The notes under the pieces were generated by a model. The model saw only the letters and a list, made by a program, of their open reading frames with translations, was not told the origin of the DNA and ran no database searches. Shown piece by piece: positions 1 through 12,700 of a stretch of DNA of 64,000 nt. Numbering within the stretch: position 1 is the first letter of the stretch; each line of letters opens with the position of its first letter. The stretch is from assembly GCF_009914755.1 (NCBI RefSeq), contig NC_060941.1; one strand, written 5' to 3'. A program made the position numbers and the translations under genes. The DNA comes from the human T2T-CHM13v2.0 reference genome, Homo sapiens.

Positions 1-677
1 TTCATTTATGAAGCTTAGTTTCATGGGATACAAAATTCTTGGCTGGTAATTGTTTTGTTTAAGGAGGCTAAAGATAGGACCCTAATCCCTTCTAGCTTGT
101 AGGGTTTCTGCTGAGAAATCTGCCATTAACCTGATAGGTTTTTCTTTATACGTTACCTGATGCTTTTGCCTCACAGCTCTTAAGATTCTTCCCTTCATCT
201 TGACTTTGGATAACCTGATGTCTATGTGCCTAGGTGATGATCTTTTTGTGATGAATTTCCCAGTTGTTCTTTCAGCTTCTTGCATTTGGATGTCTAAATG
301 TCTCACAAGGCCAGGGAAGCTTTCCTCAATTATTCCCTCAAATATGTTTTCAAAACTTTCAGATTCCTCTTCTTCCTTGGGAACACCAGTCATTCTTAGG
401 TTTGGCCATTTTACATAATCACAATCTTCTTGGAGGCTTTGTTCATTTTTTAAAATTCTGTTTTCTTTGTCTTTGATGGGTTGGGCTTTTGAAAGCCTTG
501 TCTTTGAACTCTGAAGTTCTTTCTGCTACTTGTTTGTTTCTATTGCTGGGACTTTCCAGTGCATTTTACATCTCTCTAAATATGTCTTTCATTTCCAGAA
601 GTTGTGATTGTTTTTTATTTATGCTATCTATTTCACTGAAGATTTTTGCTTTCATATCCTTCATATCCTGTATCTTT
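1..677 (-). mobile_element. L1 (older L1P/L1PB-type) ORF1 fragment, part 1
   Basis: Minus-strand ORF 82..393 translates to L1 ORF1p-like sequence (SSPRHIDIRLSKVKMKGRILRAVRQKHQVTYKEKPIRLMADFSAETLQARRD). The element continues at 1137 after the LTR insertion. Confidence 0.9.
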
Positions 678-1136
678 TTTAGCAGGAAGAGCTGCAGACC
701 AAACTCCTCAGACACCAAGTTAAAGAAGGAAGGGGTTTATTTGGCCAGGAGCATCGGCAAGACTCCTGTCTCAAGAGCTGAGCTCCCCCAGTGAGCAATT
801 CCTGTCCCTTTTAAGGGCTCACAACTCTAAGGGGGTCTGCGTGAGAGAGTCATGATCAATTGAGCAAGCAGGGGGTACGTGACTGGGGGCTGCATGCACC
901 AGTAATCAGAACAAAACAGAACAGGACAGGGATTTTTACAATGCTTTTCCATACAATGTCTGTAATCTATAGATAACATAACCAGTTAGGTCAGGGGTCG
1001 ATCTTTAACTACCAGGCCCAGGGCGTGGTGACAGGCTGTCTGCCTTTAGATTTCATTTCTGCCTTTTAGTTTTTACTTCTTTCTTTGGAGGCAGAAATTG
1101 GGCATAAGACAATATGAGGGGTGGTCTCCACCCTTA
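678..1136 (-). mobile_element. Solo LTR, LTR2 (HERV-E/Harlequin type), inserted in L1 ORF1
   Basis: Minus strand begins TAAGGGTGGAGACCACCCCTCATATTGTCTTATGCCCAATTTCTGCCTCCAAAG, which matches my recollection of the LTR2 5' end. Length is ~460 bp, with a 4-bp TSD CTTT (674-677 / 1137-1140) and AATAAA on minus at 736-741. Confidence 0.8.
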
Positions 1137-2280
1137 CTTTTTTTTTTTTTAATTTAAGTTGAACTTCACCTTTCTCGGGCACCTCCTTGATTAGCTTAAT
1201 ACTCAACTTTCTGAATTCTTTTTCTGGCAATTCAGAGATTTCTTCTTGGTTTGGATCCATTGCTGGTGAGCTAGTGTGATCTTTCAAGGGTGTTAAAGAA
1301 CCTTGTTTTGTCATATTACCAGATTTGTTTTTCTGGTTCCTTCTCATTTGGGTAGACTATGTCAGAAGGAAGATCTGGGGCTCAAGGGCTACTTATCAGA
1401 TTGTTTTTGTCCATGGGATCCCCCCTTGATATGGGGCTCTACCCCATCTCCTGGGGATGGGGCTTCCTGAGAGCCAAACTGCAATGATTGTTATTTCTCT
1501 GCTGGTCTAGCCATCCAACAGAGCTTCTGGGCTCTGAGCTGGTACTGGGGGGTGTCTGTGAAGAGTCCTGTGATGTGATCTGTCTTCAGTCCCTCAGGCA
1601 TGGATACCAGTGCCTGGTCCAGTGGAGGTAGCAGTGGAGTAAAGTGAACTCTCATGGTCCAAGTGTTTATCTAGGAGTCTATGGTCCTTGGTTGAAGTTT
1701 TGTTTAGTGTACTAGTTGGCCTCCAGCCAAGAGGTGGTCCTTTCAAGAGTGCACCAGCTGTGGTAGCATAGGGGGGATACAAACTTGCCCTAAGGTGGCC
1801 TGGATAAGTATTCCAGTTTCTCAGGTGGTGAGTGGGACCATAGAGCTCCCAAGAGATTATGCCCTTTGTCTTCGGCTACCAGGGTGCGTAGAGAAAGACC
1901 ATTAGGTTGGGGCAGGGTTAGGCATGTGTGAGCTCCGACTCTCCTTCGGTGGGGCTTGCTGTGGCCACTGTGAGGGATGGGGGTGTGGTTAACAGGCCAA
2001 TGAAGTTATGTTCCCATGGGGATTATGGCTGCCTCTGCTGTGTCATACAGGTTGCCAGGGAAGTGGTGGAAAGCCAGCAGTGATAGGCCTCACCCAGCTC
2101 CCATGCTGTCCAAGTGGCCATGTCACTCCCAATGTGCCCTACCCCTAACAGTGCTGAGTTTATTTCCGGGTAGCTGGTGAGCAGGGCTGAAAACTTGTTC
2201 CAGGCTGCAAGTCTCCCTGTTGAGAAAGCAAGCAGCACTTTCAGGTTTCTTGTTTTCCTGCCTGTGGTGGCTGCTGTGAA
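1137..2280 (-). mobile_element. L1 ORF1 N-terminus and 5' UTR, part 2
   Basis: ORF 1066..1347 begins MRRNQKNKSGNMTKQGSLTPLKDHTSSPAMDPNQEEISELPEKEFR, an L1 ORF1p N-terminus, followed by GC-richer 5' UTR-like sequence. Confidence 0.85.
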
Positions 2281-2289
2281 TAGCCATTT

Positions 2290-3730
2290 TTAGAAAAATA
2301 AGTTTTCTGCCTCCTTTTCTTTCACTTTTCCTTCTGATACTTATGTAATGTGTGTATTTGTTTGATGGGTCCCATATGTCCCATAGGCTTTCTTCACTCT
2401 TTTTCCATTTGTTTCTCTTACTAGTACTTTCAAATGACCTGTTTTTGAGTAGTGAATTCTTTCTTCTGTTTCTTCATATCTGCTGCTGAAGCTCTTTTGA
2501 GTTTTTTAAAGTTTAGTCATTGTATTATTTAGCTCCAGAATTACTGTTTCTTTTTTGTGGTTTCTGTTTGTTGAAATTTACATTTTATTTATGTATTGAT
2601 TTCCTGATTTTGTTTAGTAGTTTACCTGTGTTTTTGTGTGGGTCACCATGTTTCTTCAAATGATCACTTGAATTCTTTGTCAGGCAGTTCATATTTCTCC
2701 ATTTCTTTGATGGTTTCTGAAGCTTTATTTTGTTCCTTTGGCTTTGCTAAGTTTCCTTGATTCCTTGTGTTTCCTGTAGCTTCACATTTGTGTTTGCACA
2801 TTTGAAGAAGCAGTCATCTCTTTTAGTCTTTACAGGCTGGTTTTGATAGGGAAAGTCCAATTTGATAGGAACTGTTTTTCACCAGTCAGCTTAGCCAGAT
2901 ATTCTGGGCTGGCCAGTTGGCAGGGTCTATGGGCAGGCAGGCCTAGTGCTTGGGGATGTGGGTGGATGGGCCAGCTTCTGGGCACCATGCACAGGCCCAC
3001 TGTAGGGTGCAAGGCCCCAGTTGTTAAAATACACATACTGACTATTAAGAGCTCCCAACCATTTTCTTATTTTTTTTTTTTCTTGTTCTTAGCTACTCAG
3101 AGGGGTCTGGCCATGTGAATTGCCTCAGTATTCTTGGTGAGGCATGACAGAAGTGGTCCTCTTGGTTAGCATCCTGAAAGTCAGGGGAAGTTGTACATAT
3201 GTTTTATTTTCTTTTTTACTTATGGAAGAACTCATGAGATGAGGGGATCTCTCTTTGTGCTACTCTGTGCTGGCTTGGGTGAGGGGTGATTCAGGTAATG
3301 TGACAGAGTTTTTTCTACAATGTTCAATATGGTGTTTTTTCTACTTCTGTGTACTACCAGGGTGCTATAAACTTTCACTTGGATTCTGGAGCTCTCACAA
3401 AGGTATTTTCATCTGTGGATGGTTGATAAATTAGTCTGTATGTTGGTGGATGAGAGATACAACTGTCGATTCCACCATCTTGTTGACATCACTCCTTTCA
3501 CCCGTTTTGAAATATCTTTTACCTGATGTCATTGCAGCAATATTTCACTTAAAATATTTAGTATTTTCCAAATATGTCTGTTTCTCTTTTTAATTTCAAG
3601 CTTTATATATTCCTGTGCTTTCATCGTGTCTCTTTAAATACATCTATCTATATTTTATTTTTTAATCAGTATGTTGAACATTACTTTTTAATTGATGAGT
3701 TAGGTCCATTTATGTTTAATGTAAATTTAT
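2290..3730 (-). mobile_element. Old L1M fragments
   Basis: T-rich, degenerate L1 ORF1/5'-like sequence. Confidence 0.55.
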
Positions 3731-4306
3731 GTACTTCCCCGAGTAGACTGTGACCTCACATTTGTAACCCAGTTTGAGGCCTCTGTACACTGTCATTATG
3801 AATAGAATGAGTTGATGAATGACTGCATGAATGTCAAATGAATTGAACACCACCTGTCGAGGTCTATATCACGTGCTGGATCAGCTGATACAAATATGTA
3901 TGATTGCAATCTCTTTCAAACCTCCACAGCCATGTGACTAACTTTCTTATCAGCTACTATTTACTTTCTGTACTTTGGATGTGTGCTAGATGAGAGACAC
4001 TTCTAGGTTTAAACTGGATATAGTCAGATAAGGCCAAGAATGTGGCCCTGTAGTCAAGTACATTGAAGAATTTGACCCTGCAACATTCTAGTGTTGGTGT
4101 TAGTGTGACCTTATTTACGGCCAAGGCTGATGAGACCTGGGGGACACCAGGTTACAAATATGTCTTTTTTATCACCACATATCTATATGCTGTCTCTGAG
4201 CTGGAGCCATGTCCCAATCACTGCTGTATAACACACAGGACAATCCCTTACATAGGGTGAAGGATATTCCTAGTCTCCACTTTAATGCTGTCTTTCCAAA
4301 TTGCCC

Positions 4307-5245
4307 TCATGTCAGCCTCTTAAAGTGTTTATCTAGGAGTCTTCCCAGAGCCCCATGCATGTCCTTGTTCCTCAGGCTGTAGATGAAGGGATTCATCATG
4401 GGTGTCACCACAGCATACATCACTGTGGCTACTGAGTCCTTCACAGAGTAGGTATGGAGGGGCTTTAGGTATACCATACAAAGTGTCCCATAGAAGAGGG
4501 AGACTGCACCCAAATGGGAGGCACAGGTGGAGAAGGCTTTGTATTTCTTAGAGACTGAGGGTATTCTGAGGATGGCTCTGATAATCAGCACATAGGAAAT
4601 GATCACGAATCCAAAGGGAATGAGGAAGATGAAGCAGCCTGTGGCAATCAGCACTGTGTGATTAATCTGAATGTTGGAACATGCCATCCTCAGCAATACA
4701 TACATCTCACAGAAGATGTAGTGGATTTTTCGTGACCCACAGAAGGTCACTCTGGTCATGAGGAGGGTGTGTATGAGGCCATAGAGGACGGATAGGACCC
4801 AACACAAGGAAAGGAGTAAGATACAGAGCTTAGGGCTCATGGCTGTGGTGTAGTGGAGGGGGCAGCAGATGGCCACATAGCGGTCATATGCCATCACAGC
4901 CAGGATGAGGTTGTCCAGGGCCACCAAGGAGACCAGGAAGTAGAGCTGTGTCAGACACCCTGCATAGGAGATGGCTTTGTTATGGGACTGGAGGTTCACC
5001 AGCATCTTGGGGATTGTGTTGGTGACAAAGAAGAGGTCAGTGAAGGAGAGGTTGGCCAGGAAGAAGTACACGGGGGTGTGCAGGCGGGAATCAGAGCTGA
5101 TGGCCAGGATGATGAGCACATTTCCCACCACCGTGACCAGGTACATGGACAGGAACATCCAAAACAGGATCCGCTGCTGCTCAGGACTCTCTGACATCCC
5201 CAGGAGAAGGAACTCTGAACCTTCACTCTGGTTGCCTCCATCCAT
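4307..5245 (-). CDS. OR1D2: Olfactory receptor 1D2 (hOR17-4), intact, 312 aa, single coding exon
   Basis: OR motifs present: N-glycosylation [42 protein letters not shown]-terminus [23 protein letters not shown] and C-terminus [10 protein letters not shown] recognised as OR1D2; close paralogues OR1D4/OR1D5 have different C-termini. Confidence 0.95.
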   Translation of the reverse strand: MDGGNQSEGSEFLLLGMSESPEQQRILFWMFLSMYLVTVVGNVLIILAISSDSRLHTPVYFFLANLSFTDLFFVTNTIPKMLVNLQSHNKAISYAGCLTQLYFLVSLVALDNLILAVMAYDRYVAICCPLHYTTAMSPKLCILLLSLCWVLSVLYGLIHTLLMTRVTFCGSRKIHYIFCEMYVLLRMACSNIQINHTVLIATGCFIFLIPFGFVIISYVLIIRAILRIPSVSKKYKAFSTCASHLGAVSLFYGTLCMVYLKPLHTYSVKDSVATVMYAVVTPMMNPFIYSLRNKDMHGALGRLLDKHFKRLT

Positions 5246-5295
5246 TTCCCCAACTCTCTTTTAACATTAACACCAGCAAATGTTTACCAAAAGTC

Positions 5296-5320
5296 CTTAA
5301 TTGAATAAAAACATGAAGAT
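5296..5320 (-). promoter_or_regulatory. Candidate 3' splice acceptor of the OR1D2 coding exon
   Basis: Minus strand TCTTCATGTTTTTATTCAATTAAG|G, with AG at 5296-5297, 50 nt upstream of the ATG. Confidence 0.55.
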
Positions 5321-5754
5321 AAGCAAAATCAACATTTTCTTAGAATTAAGAATGTCTTACACCCAATTTTATAATTTTTGAAAATAAGAAAGTGAAAAAT
5401 ATAACAAAGTTTTTATGCGATATAATTATTTCAGCTACTTCAAAGCTGGGAAACTCAATGTTAAAGGAATAATGTGTAATTCTTATTTTCAATCCTGTCA
5501 TCTTACACTATTCTTGAAGTGTTTGGTGATTAGTGTGTTATGATATGTATATGTGTTAAAATAATTAATATAGATACATGCAGTATAAGTAGTTCAAAAA
5601 AGGAAGAAAATAAAAGTATTTGAAAGGAGTAGGAACAATTATTATTTGTTGATATGATGATCTATCTGAAAAAAGTGGGACTATCCACTGAAAGACTACT
5701 AGAAATAGAGTTTAGAATACTTGAAATCAAGTCTTTCCCTGCTAGTAAGATAGT

Positions 5755-5900
5755 ACGCACTGCCACTTACTTGCTGTGAAACCTCAGGTAGGGTTCCAGA
5801 GTTCCTTAAGACTCAGTTTCTTCATGCGAATCATGAGTTATAGGGTGGGGGAAAATTAAGTAGTAAAGTGCTTAACACAAGGAGTTGGTAGGCAATTAGC
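5755..5900 (+). mobile_element. MIR fragment
   Basis: Degenerate MIR core: CCACTTACTTGCTGTGAAACCTCAGG...CTCAGTTTCTTCAT. Confidence 0.6.
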
Positions 5901-6699
5901 ACTCAGAAATGTTGCCTATTATTGTTATATTTAACGAGAATCAGGAAAAATGTTATAATGAAAAACTATCTCATCCCCACTGTCAACAAATAAATCATGG
6001 CACTCAGATGTTAACAAGAATCAGGCGAAACCTTCAAATTCTCCAGTGAGGGGTAAAGTAAAAATTAAATAAATTGATAAACATATCAAGGTTTCTAATA
6101 TGAAGAGAAGTGTCACCAAGCTATATACTCTTTTGAATTAATTGAAAGTTTACTGGATATCAAAATTATAACAGGGTTTTGGAGAAATGAAACTGGTCTA
6201 AATTTCATCTAAATATAAGCATGTAGATAAGCTAGAAAAACATTGAATAAAAGAATAACAGGGTGATGCTTGCACATCAAATATTAAGAATTCTAAAGCA
6301 ATATGATAGTAATGTTGGAATGAACAGATCAGTAGAAACTTCACAGATAGACACAAAAACGTGGAATTTGGCAGATTAATTTGGGTGCACTGTATATTAG
6401 CCGGTAAATTCTGCATGGGTACACTCTATATTAGCAAGTAAAGCCTGCATTATTCAAGAAATGGCACATTGAGATAACTGTGTAATTAATTTCGGAGGAC
6501 TAGTTCGAACAATATTTTGTATCTTATCAAACACATTTAAAACATACTAAAGATTAAAATACTATAGTGTGCCTTTTTTTCCTTCGAAAGCCTAATGTGT
6601 ATAGAATAAAATGTTTAAAAAATCAAAAAAGAAAAAAGAAACATGTATATGTAAAAATATAAAAAAATGTAGTATATATAAAACAGCTGAATGCGGTCA

Positions 6700-9335
6700 G
6701 GGAAAGAGTAAGATCTCTTCCAATACTACTGACAGTTCTCAGTGACTGTGGGAACTAAGCAAATAGGTAAATACCAATAACCAGCCCCATTAGGGGAGAC
6801 TAGTACCCTGAATTGTTACAATAAATTATCTAAAATGTCCATATTCCAACAAAATTTATGAACCATGAAAAGAAACAAAGTATGATCCACATATGAGGAA
6901 AAAATCAGGCAACAGAAACTACCTGTGAGCACAATGTGATGTCAGCCTTCTTTGAAAAGACCTCAAAGTAGCCATTGAAAATATTTTCACAAAACTAAGA
7001 GAAAGCATGATTAGGGAAGTAAAGGAAGGTACAGTGAGAATGTCATGACAAATGGGGAATATCAATAAAAAGAATGGATAAAAGAGAGCCAAATGGAAAT
7101 CCTGCAGTCAAAATGTACAGTAACTGAAATGAAGATTTTATTAGTCAGGCTGAATAGTAGTATTGAACTAGCAGAAAAAATAGCATTCTTTAAGATAGAT
7201 TGATATCAAGCTGAAAAATAGAGGAAGAGAAAAAATGAAGAAAAATGAACAGAGACTCAGAAAAGTGTGGAGCACCATTAAGCATACCAGCACACATGGA
7301 ATGCAAGTGCTGAAGGACAGGAGAGAGAAAAATCAGAAAAAAAATCCAAAGAAAGAATGGCTGAAAACGTAGTAAATTTGTTTAAAAAACTACACATATA
7401 GGAAACTCGACAAACTTTAGGCAGAATAAATACAAAGAGATTCACAAATAGACACATCATAGTAAAAAGGCTGAAAGGCAGAGACAAGGAGAAAATCTTG
7501 AAATCAGCAAGTAAAAAAGATTTTTTACTTACAAAGGAAGCCTAATAATATGAACAACAGACTTCTCAACAGAGACAAAGGAGGCTCCAAGACAGTTGGA
7601 TAACATATTCAAAATGGTTGAAGAAAAAACCCATCAAGTAAGAGTCTAATATTCAGCAAAACTATCTTTAAAAGAATGAAGGCCAAATAAAGATTATCTC
7701 AGGTGAACAAAAACACAGAAAATTTTTGCTAGCAGACCTATCTTATAAAAACTACTAAAGAAATTTCTTTAGGTTGAAAGTAAGTTACCTCAGATGATAA
7801 TTTGAATCCACATGCACAAAAAGGAAAGAACAGTGATAAAGTATGAAAATGTGATATTATAAATGTATGTAAATATGTAAATATATATTGATATAATCTA
7901 TATATCTATGTAATATTTTACATATATCTATTAAGTATGACAGTATAAATTCATATTTTCTTGTTTTTTCTTATAACTTATTTAAACACCATTTATGTAA
8001 GATAATATGTATATGATGTATCGTTGAGGCCATAGCATATAGAAATATATGTATAACATGTTTGTCGATTACAGCATAAAGGAGCTGGGTGGAGGCAAAG
8101 TTGGACTAAGGAAATGACTACAGAAGGTATAGTAGTAATTATAACAGTGGATTATCAGGATTAATAGATGTTACATCTGTAACAATAATACTACAAAAGG
8201 AAGAAAATAATAGAATTATATAGAAATCATTTTCTATATATCATTGGACTTAAGTTGGTATAAATCTGCAGCTGATTCTGATAAGATGTATGTGGTAGAC
8301 TTTAGAGCAACCACTAAAAATTACCTTCAAAAATAGAGTGAAAAAATTATTAAAGAAATTAAAATGCAACATGAGAAAATATTAACTTAATGGAAAAGGA
8401 AGTGGACAAGGAAAATAGAGGAAAAAAGGACATGGGACACATAGAAAACACAAAGTAAAATGGGAGACATAAATCTAACTATATCAATCATAACATTAAG
8501 TGTGAATGCATAGAACAATTCAATCAAAAGGCAGAGACTGTCAGAGTGGATAAAAACATGATTCATTTATATGCATTCTACAGAAAACCTACTTGATTCA
8601 CAGATACAGCAAGGTTGAAAGTAAGAGGATGGGAAAAGATACCATGCAATCAGGAACCACAAGAAAAACGGAATGGCTGTACTTTAGCCTTAAAATATAA
8701 AATGGCTTTAAAGATTAAAATAGAGTTTATGCTGACCTGGTGGCCCATGCCTGTTAATCTCATCACTTTGGGAGGCTGAGGTAGGAGAATGGCTTGAGGC
8801 CAAGAGTTCAAGACCAGCCTGAGCAACATAGCAAGACCCCATCTCTTAAAGAGAGTTTAAGTCAAAAAGTCTGACTAGAGATAAAGTGAGACATTTTATA
8901 ATGACAAGTGGGTCAATCTATGAAGAAGATATAACAATTGTAAACATATATGCACCCAAATACGTGAAGGGAACTGATAGAAATGAAGACAGAAATGTGT
9001 AATTCAACAACAGTATTTGGAAAATTCAACACACCACTTTCAATAATGGATAGAACAACTAGAAAGATCAACAAGGAAAAAAAGATTTGATCCACACTGT
9101 AAATTAACTGCGCCTAACAGATGTCTATGTAACGCTCTGCCCAACAACAAAAGAAGAAAGTTATTTTCAAGTGTCATGGGAACATTCTCTATGATAGACC
9201 ATATTCTAGGCCATAAAATAAACCCAAATGACATTAAAAGGCTAGAAAAAATACAAAGTATGTTTTCCCACTGCAGTAGAATAAAATTAGCAATGAATAG
9301 CAGAAAAAATTGAAAAACATGTTTCATTTCCATAT
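6700..9335 (+). mobile_element. Old L1M element (ORF1 into ORF2 endonuclease region), degenerate
   Basis: A-rich, with recognisable L1 ORF1 C-terminal and ORF2 EN remnants. Confidence 0.75.
8731..8850 (+). mobile_element. FLAM (Alu left monomer)
   Basis: CACTTTGGGAGGCTGAGG...GAGTTCAAGACCAGCCTGAGCAACATAGCAAGACCCCATCTCT, with imperfect TSD AAA(T/G)AGAGTTTA. Confidence 0.8.
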
Positions 9336-9379
9336 GTTACTTCATTTCCATATTGTGGAGGATAATATACTTCCAAGAA

Positions 9380-9700
9380 GGTTCTTCCAGGAATTTATCC
9401 ATGTCTGTTAAATGTTCTAGTTTGTGTGCGTAGAGGTGTTCACAGTAGTCTCGAATGATCTTTTCTATTTCTGTGGTGTCCATTTTACAATGGACTTTAA
9501 AAAAACTTGAAAGCATTCCTACTGAGAAATGGAACAAGACAAAGATGCCCACTTTCATTACTTCTATTCAACATAGTACTAGAAGTCCTAGCCAGAGCAA
9601 TAAGACAAGAGAAAGAAATAAAGGGCATCCAAATTGGAAAAGAGTCAAATTAGTGCTGTTTGCCAATGGTATGATCGTATGCTGAGAAAGCTCTAAATAC
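9380..9700. mobile_element. L1 ORF2 fragments in inverted arrangement (minus ~9380-9482, plus ~9500-9700)
   Basis: Minus piece encodes DTTEIEKIIRDYCEHLYAHKLE. Plus piece is the RT region ...[25 protein letters not shown]. Confidence 0.75.
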
Positions 9701-12700
9701 GAGTCCCCACCCCCAAGCCAAGGGAGGTGGTGAGTGAGCATGCTACCCAGCCAGGGAAATCATGCTTTTTCCATGGAACTCTGCAACCCACAAATCAGAA
9801 GATTCCACTGGTGAACCCATGCCACTGGTGCCTAGGGTACCAACCCCAGAGCTGTGCAGATTCTCAACAGCCTCTCAGCTAGAATCTGCTTAAGCCTGCC
9901 AAGTTCCTTGAGGGAGAGAAAACTAGCACCATAGCTGCAGCTGCCTGCTGTCTAAGCTGTTTGAGCTCCTTGCAGGAGGGGCAGCACCCAACATTGGGAC
10001 TGATAACTGCCTAGCACACTAAGCTCCCTGGGTGGGGGAAGGGCGGCAGCCATCTCTATAGCTCCAGCCCACACTTTTCCCCTGCCGGAGCCTGGGAGAC
10101 TGGTTGACTTGGTCCCAAAATGTGTCCACCACAGCCCAACACACCCCTATGGTCGACTGTGGCCAAAGCACCTCTTCAGGCCTGACCCTGACCCACTCTT
10201 CCTCACTGGGTGGGGCCTCAATGCAGGAAGTACAACTTCAGCCAGGGGCTCAGGGACAGTACCCTGATCTCCCTGGGCCTGAGCCCCTAGCAGGAGAGGT
10301 GGCCGCAATCTCTGTGGATCAGCAGACTTAGCCTTTCCTCCTGGTAGTTCTGAGGAATCCAGGTAGCCCAGATGAGTGGGTTTCCCCTAGTGAAGCGCAC
10401 ACCCCCTTCACCAAGGGACAAAGTGCTTCGTTAAACGGATCTTTTTCCCTGTGCCACCCAACTGGGTGAGACCCTCCAACAGGGGATGTCAGACACCCTA
10501 TACAGGAGTGAACCTACTCGTATCACGTTGGTGCCCCTTGAGGTCAGAGATCCCACAAGGAGGAGCAGGCACCCATGATTCCTGTTCTCCACCTCCTTGA
10601 GTGATACCTCCAGGCACAGCAGCGAACCAGATGAATAGGGCCTGTAATGAGCCCCCAGGCCTACTAAAGAAGAGGGACCTGAGCATTGAAAGAAAAACAA
10701 ACAGAAAGCAACAACAGCAGCATCAACAACAGCAAAAAAGTCCTCACAAAAACCCCATCCAAGGGGCGGCAGCCTCAAAGATCCAAACTAGACAAACTCA
10801 TGAAGATGAGAAACAACAACAACAACAACAACAAATGCTGAAAACACAAAAGGCCAGCGTGCTGCTGCTTCTCCAGATAGTTGCAATACCTCGCCAGCCA
10901 GGAAGCAGAACTGGATGGAGGATGAGATGGCTGAATTGACAGAAATAGGCTTCAGAAGATGGGTAATAACAAACTCCTCCGAGCTAAAGGAGCATGTTCT
11001 AACCCAATGCAAAGAAGCTAAGAACCTTGATAAAAGGTTACAGGAGCTGCTGACTAGAATAATCAGTTTAGAGACGAACATAAATGACCTGATGGAGCTG
11101 AAAAACATAGCATGAGAACTTCATGAAGCATGCACAAGTATCACCAGCTGAACCGACCAAGTGGAAGAAAGGATATCAGAGTTTAAAGACCACCTTGCTG
11201 AAATAAGGGATGCAGACAAGATTAGAGAAAAAAGAATGAAAAGAAATGAAGAAAGCCTCCAAGAAATATGGACTACGTAAAAAGACTGAACCTACGACTG
11301 ATTGGAGTACCTGAAGGAGACAGGGAGAATGGAAACAAGCTGGAAAACACACTTCAGGATATTATCCAGGAGAACTTCCCCAACTAGCAAGACAGGCCAA
11401 CATGCAAATTCAGAAAATACAGAGAACACCACTAAAATACTCCATGAGAAGATCAACCCCAAGACACATAATCATCAGGTTCTCCAAGGTCAAAGTGAAG
11501 GAAAAAATGTTAAGGGCAGCCAGAGAGAAAGGTCAGGTCACCTACAAAGGTGACCATCAGACTAACAGTGGATCTCTCTGCAGAAACCCTACAAGATAGA
11601 AGAGAGTGGGGGCCAATATTCAACATTCTGAAAGAAAAAAATTTTCAACCCAGAATTTCATATCCTGCCAAACTAAGCTTCATAAGTGAAGGAGAAATAA
11701 AATTGTTTCCAGACAAGCAAATGCTCAGGGATTTCATCACCACCAGGCCTGCTTTACAAGAGTTCCTGAAGGAAGCACTAAATATGGAAAGGAAAAACTG
11801 GTACCAGCGACTGCAAACACACACCAAAATATAAAGACCAATGACACTATGAAGAAACTGCATCAACCAGTGTGCAAAATAACCAGCTAGCATCATGACA
11901 GGATCACATTCACACATAACAATATTAACTTTAAATGTAAATGGGCTAAATGCCCCAATTAAAAGACACAGGTGGCCAATTTGGATAAAGAGTCAAGACC
12001 CATCAGAGTGCTGTATTCAGGAGACCCATCTCACGTACAAAGACACACATAGGCTCAAAATAAAGGGATAGAGGAAAATTTACCAAGCAGATGGAAAGCA
12101 AAAAAATAAAAAATAAAGCAGGCGTTGCAATCCTAGTCTCTGACAAAACAGACCTTAAACCAACAAAGATAAAAAAAGGCAAGGGCATTACATAATGGTA
12201 TAGAGATCAATGCAACAAGAAAAGCTAACTATCCTAAATATATATGCACCCAATACAGGAGCACCCAGATTCGTAAAAGAAGTTCCTAGAGACCTACAAA
12301 GACTCATAGACTTTATGTGTCTATGCGTCTTTAAAGTGGGAGACTTTAACACCCCACTGTGAATATTAGATCAATGAGACTGAAAAATAACAAAGATATT
12401 CAGGACTTGAACTCAGCTTTGGATCAGGTGGAGCTAATAGACATCTACAGAACTCTCCACCCCCAATCAACAAAATTTGTCTCAGTACCACATGGCACTT
12501 ATTCTAAACTTGACCACATAATTGGAAGTAAAACGCTCCTCAGCAAATGAAAAAGAACTGAAATAATAACAGTCTCTCAGACCACAGTGCCATCAAATTA
12601 GAACTCAGGATTGAGAAACTCATTCAAAACCACACAATTACATGGAAATTGAACAACCTACTCCTGAATAACTTCTCAGTAAATAATGAAATTAAGGCAG

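Noticed and set aside
4853-5264. Antisense and alternative-frame ORFs over the OR genes (also 28673-29599, 39179-39412)
   Set aside because: Shadow ORFs expected from the codon bias of hydrophobic OR coding sequence.
10601-10939. Poly-Q containing ORF
   Set aside because: CAA/CAG microsatellites within the L1 5' UTR/ORF1 start region.
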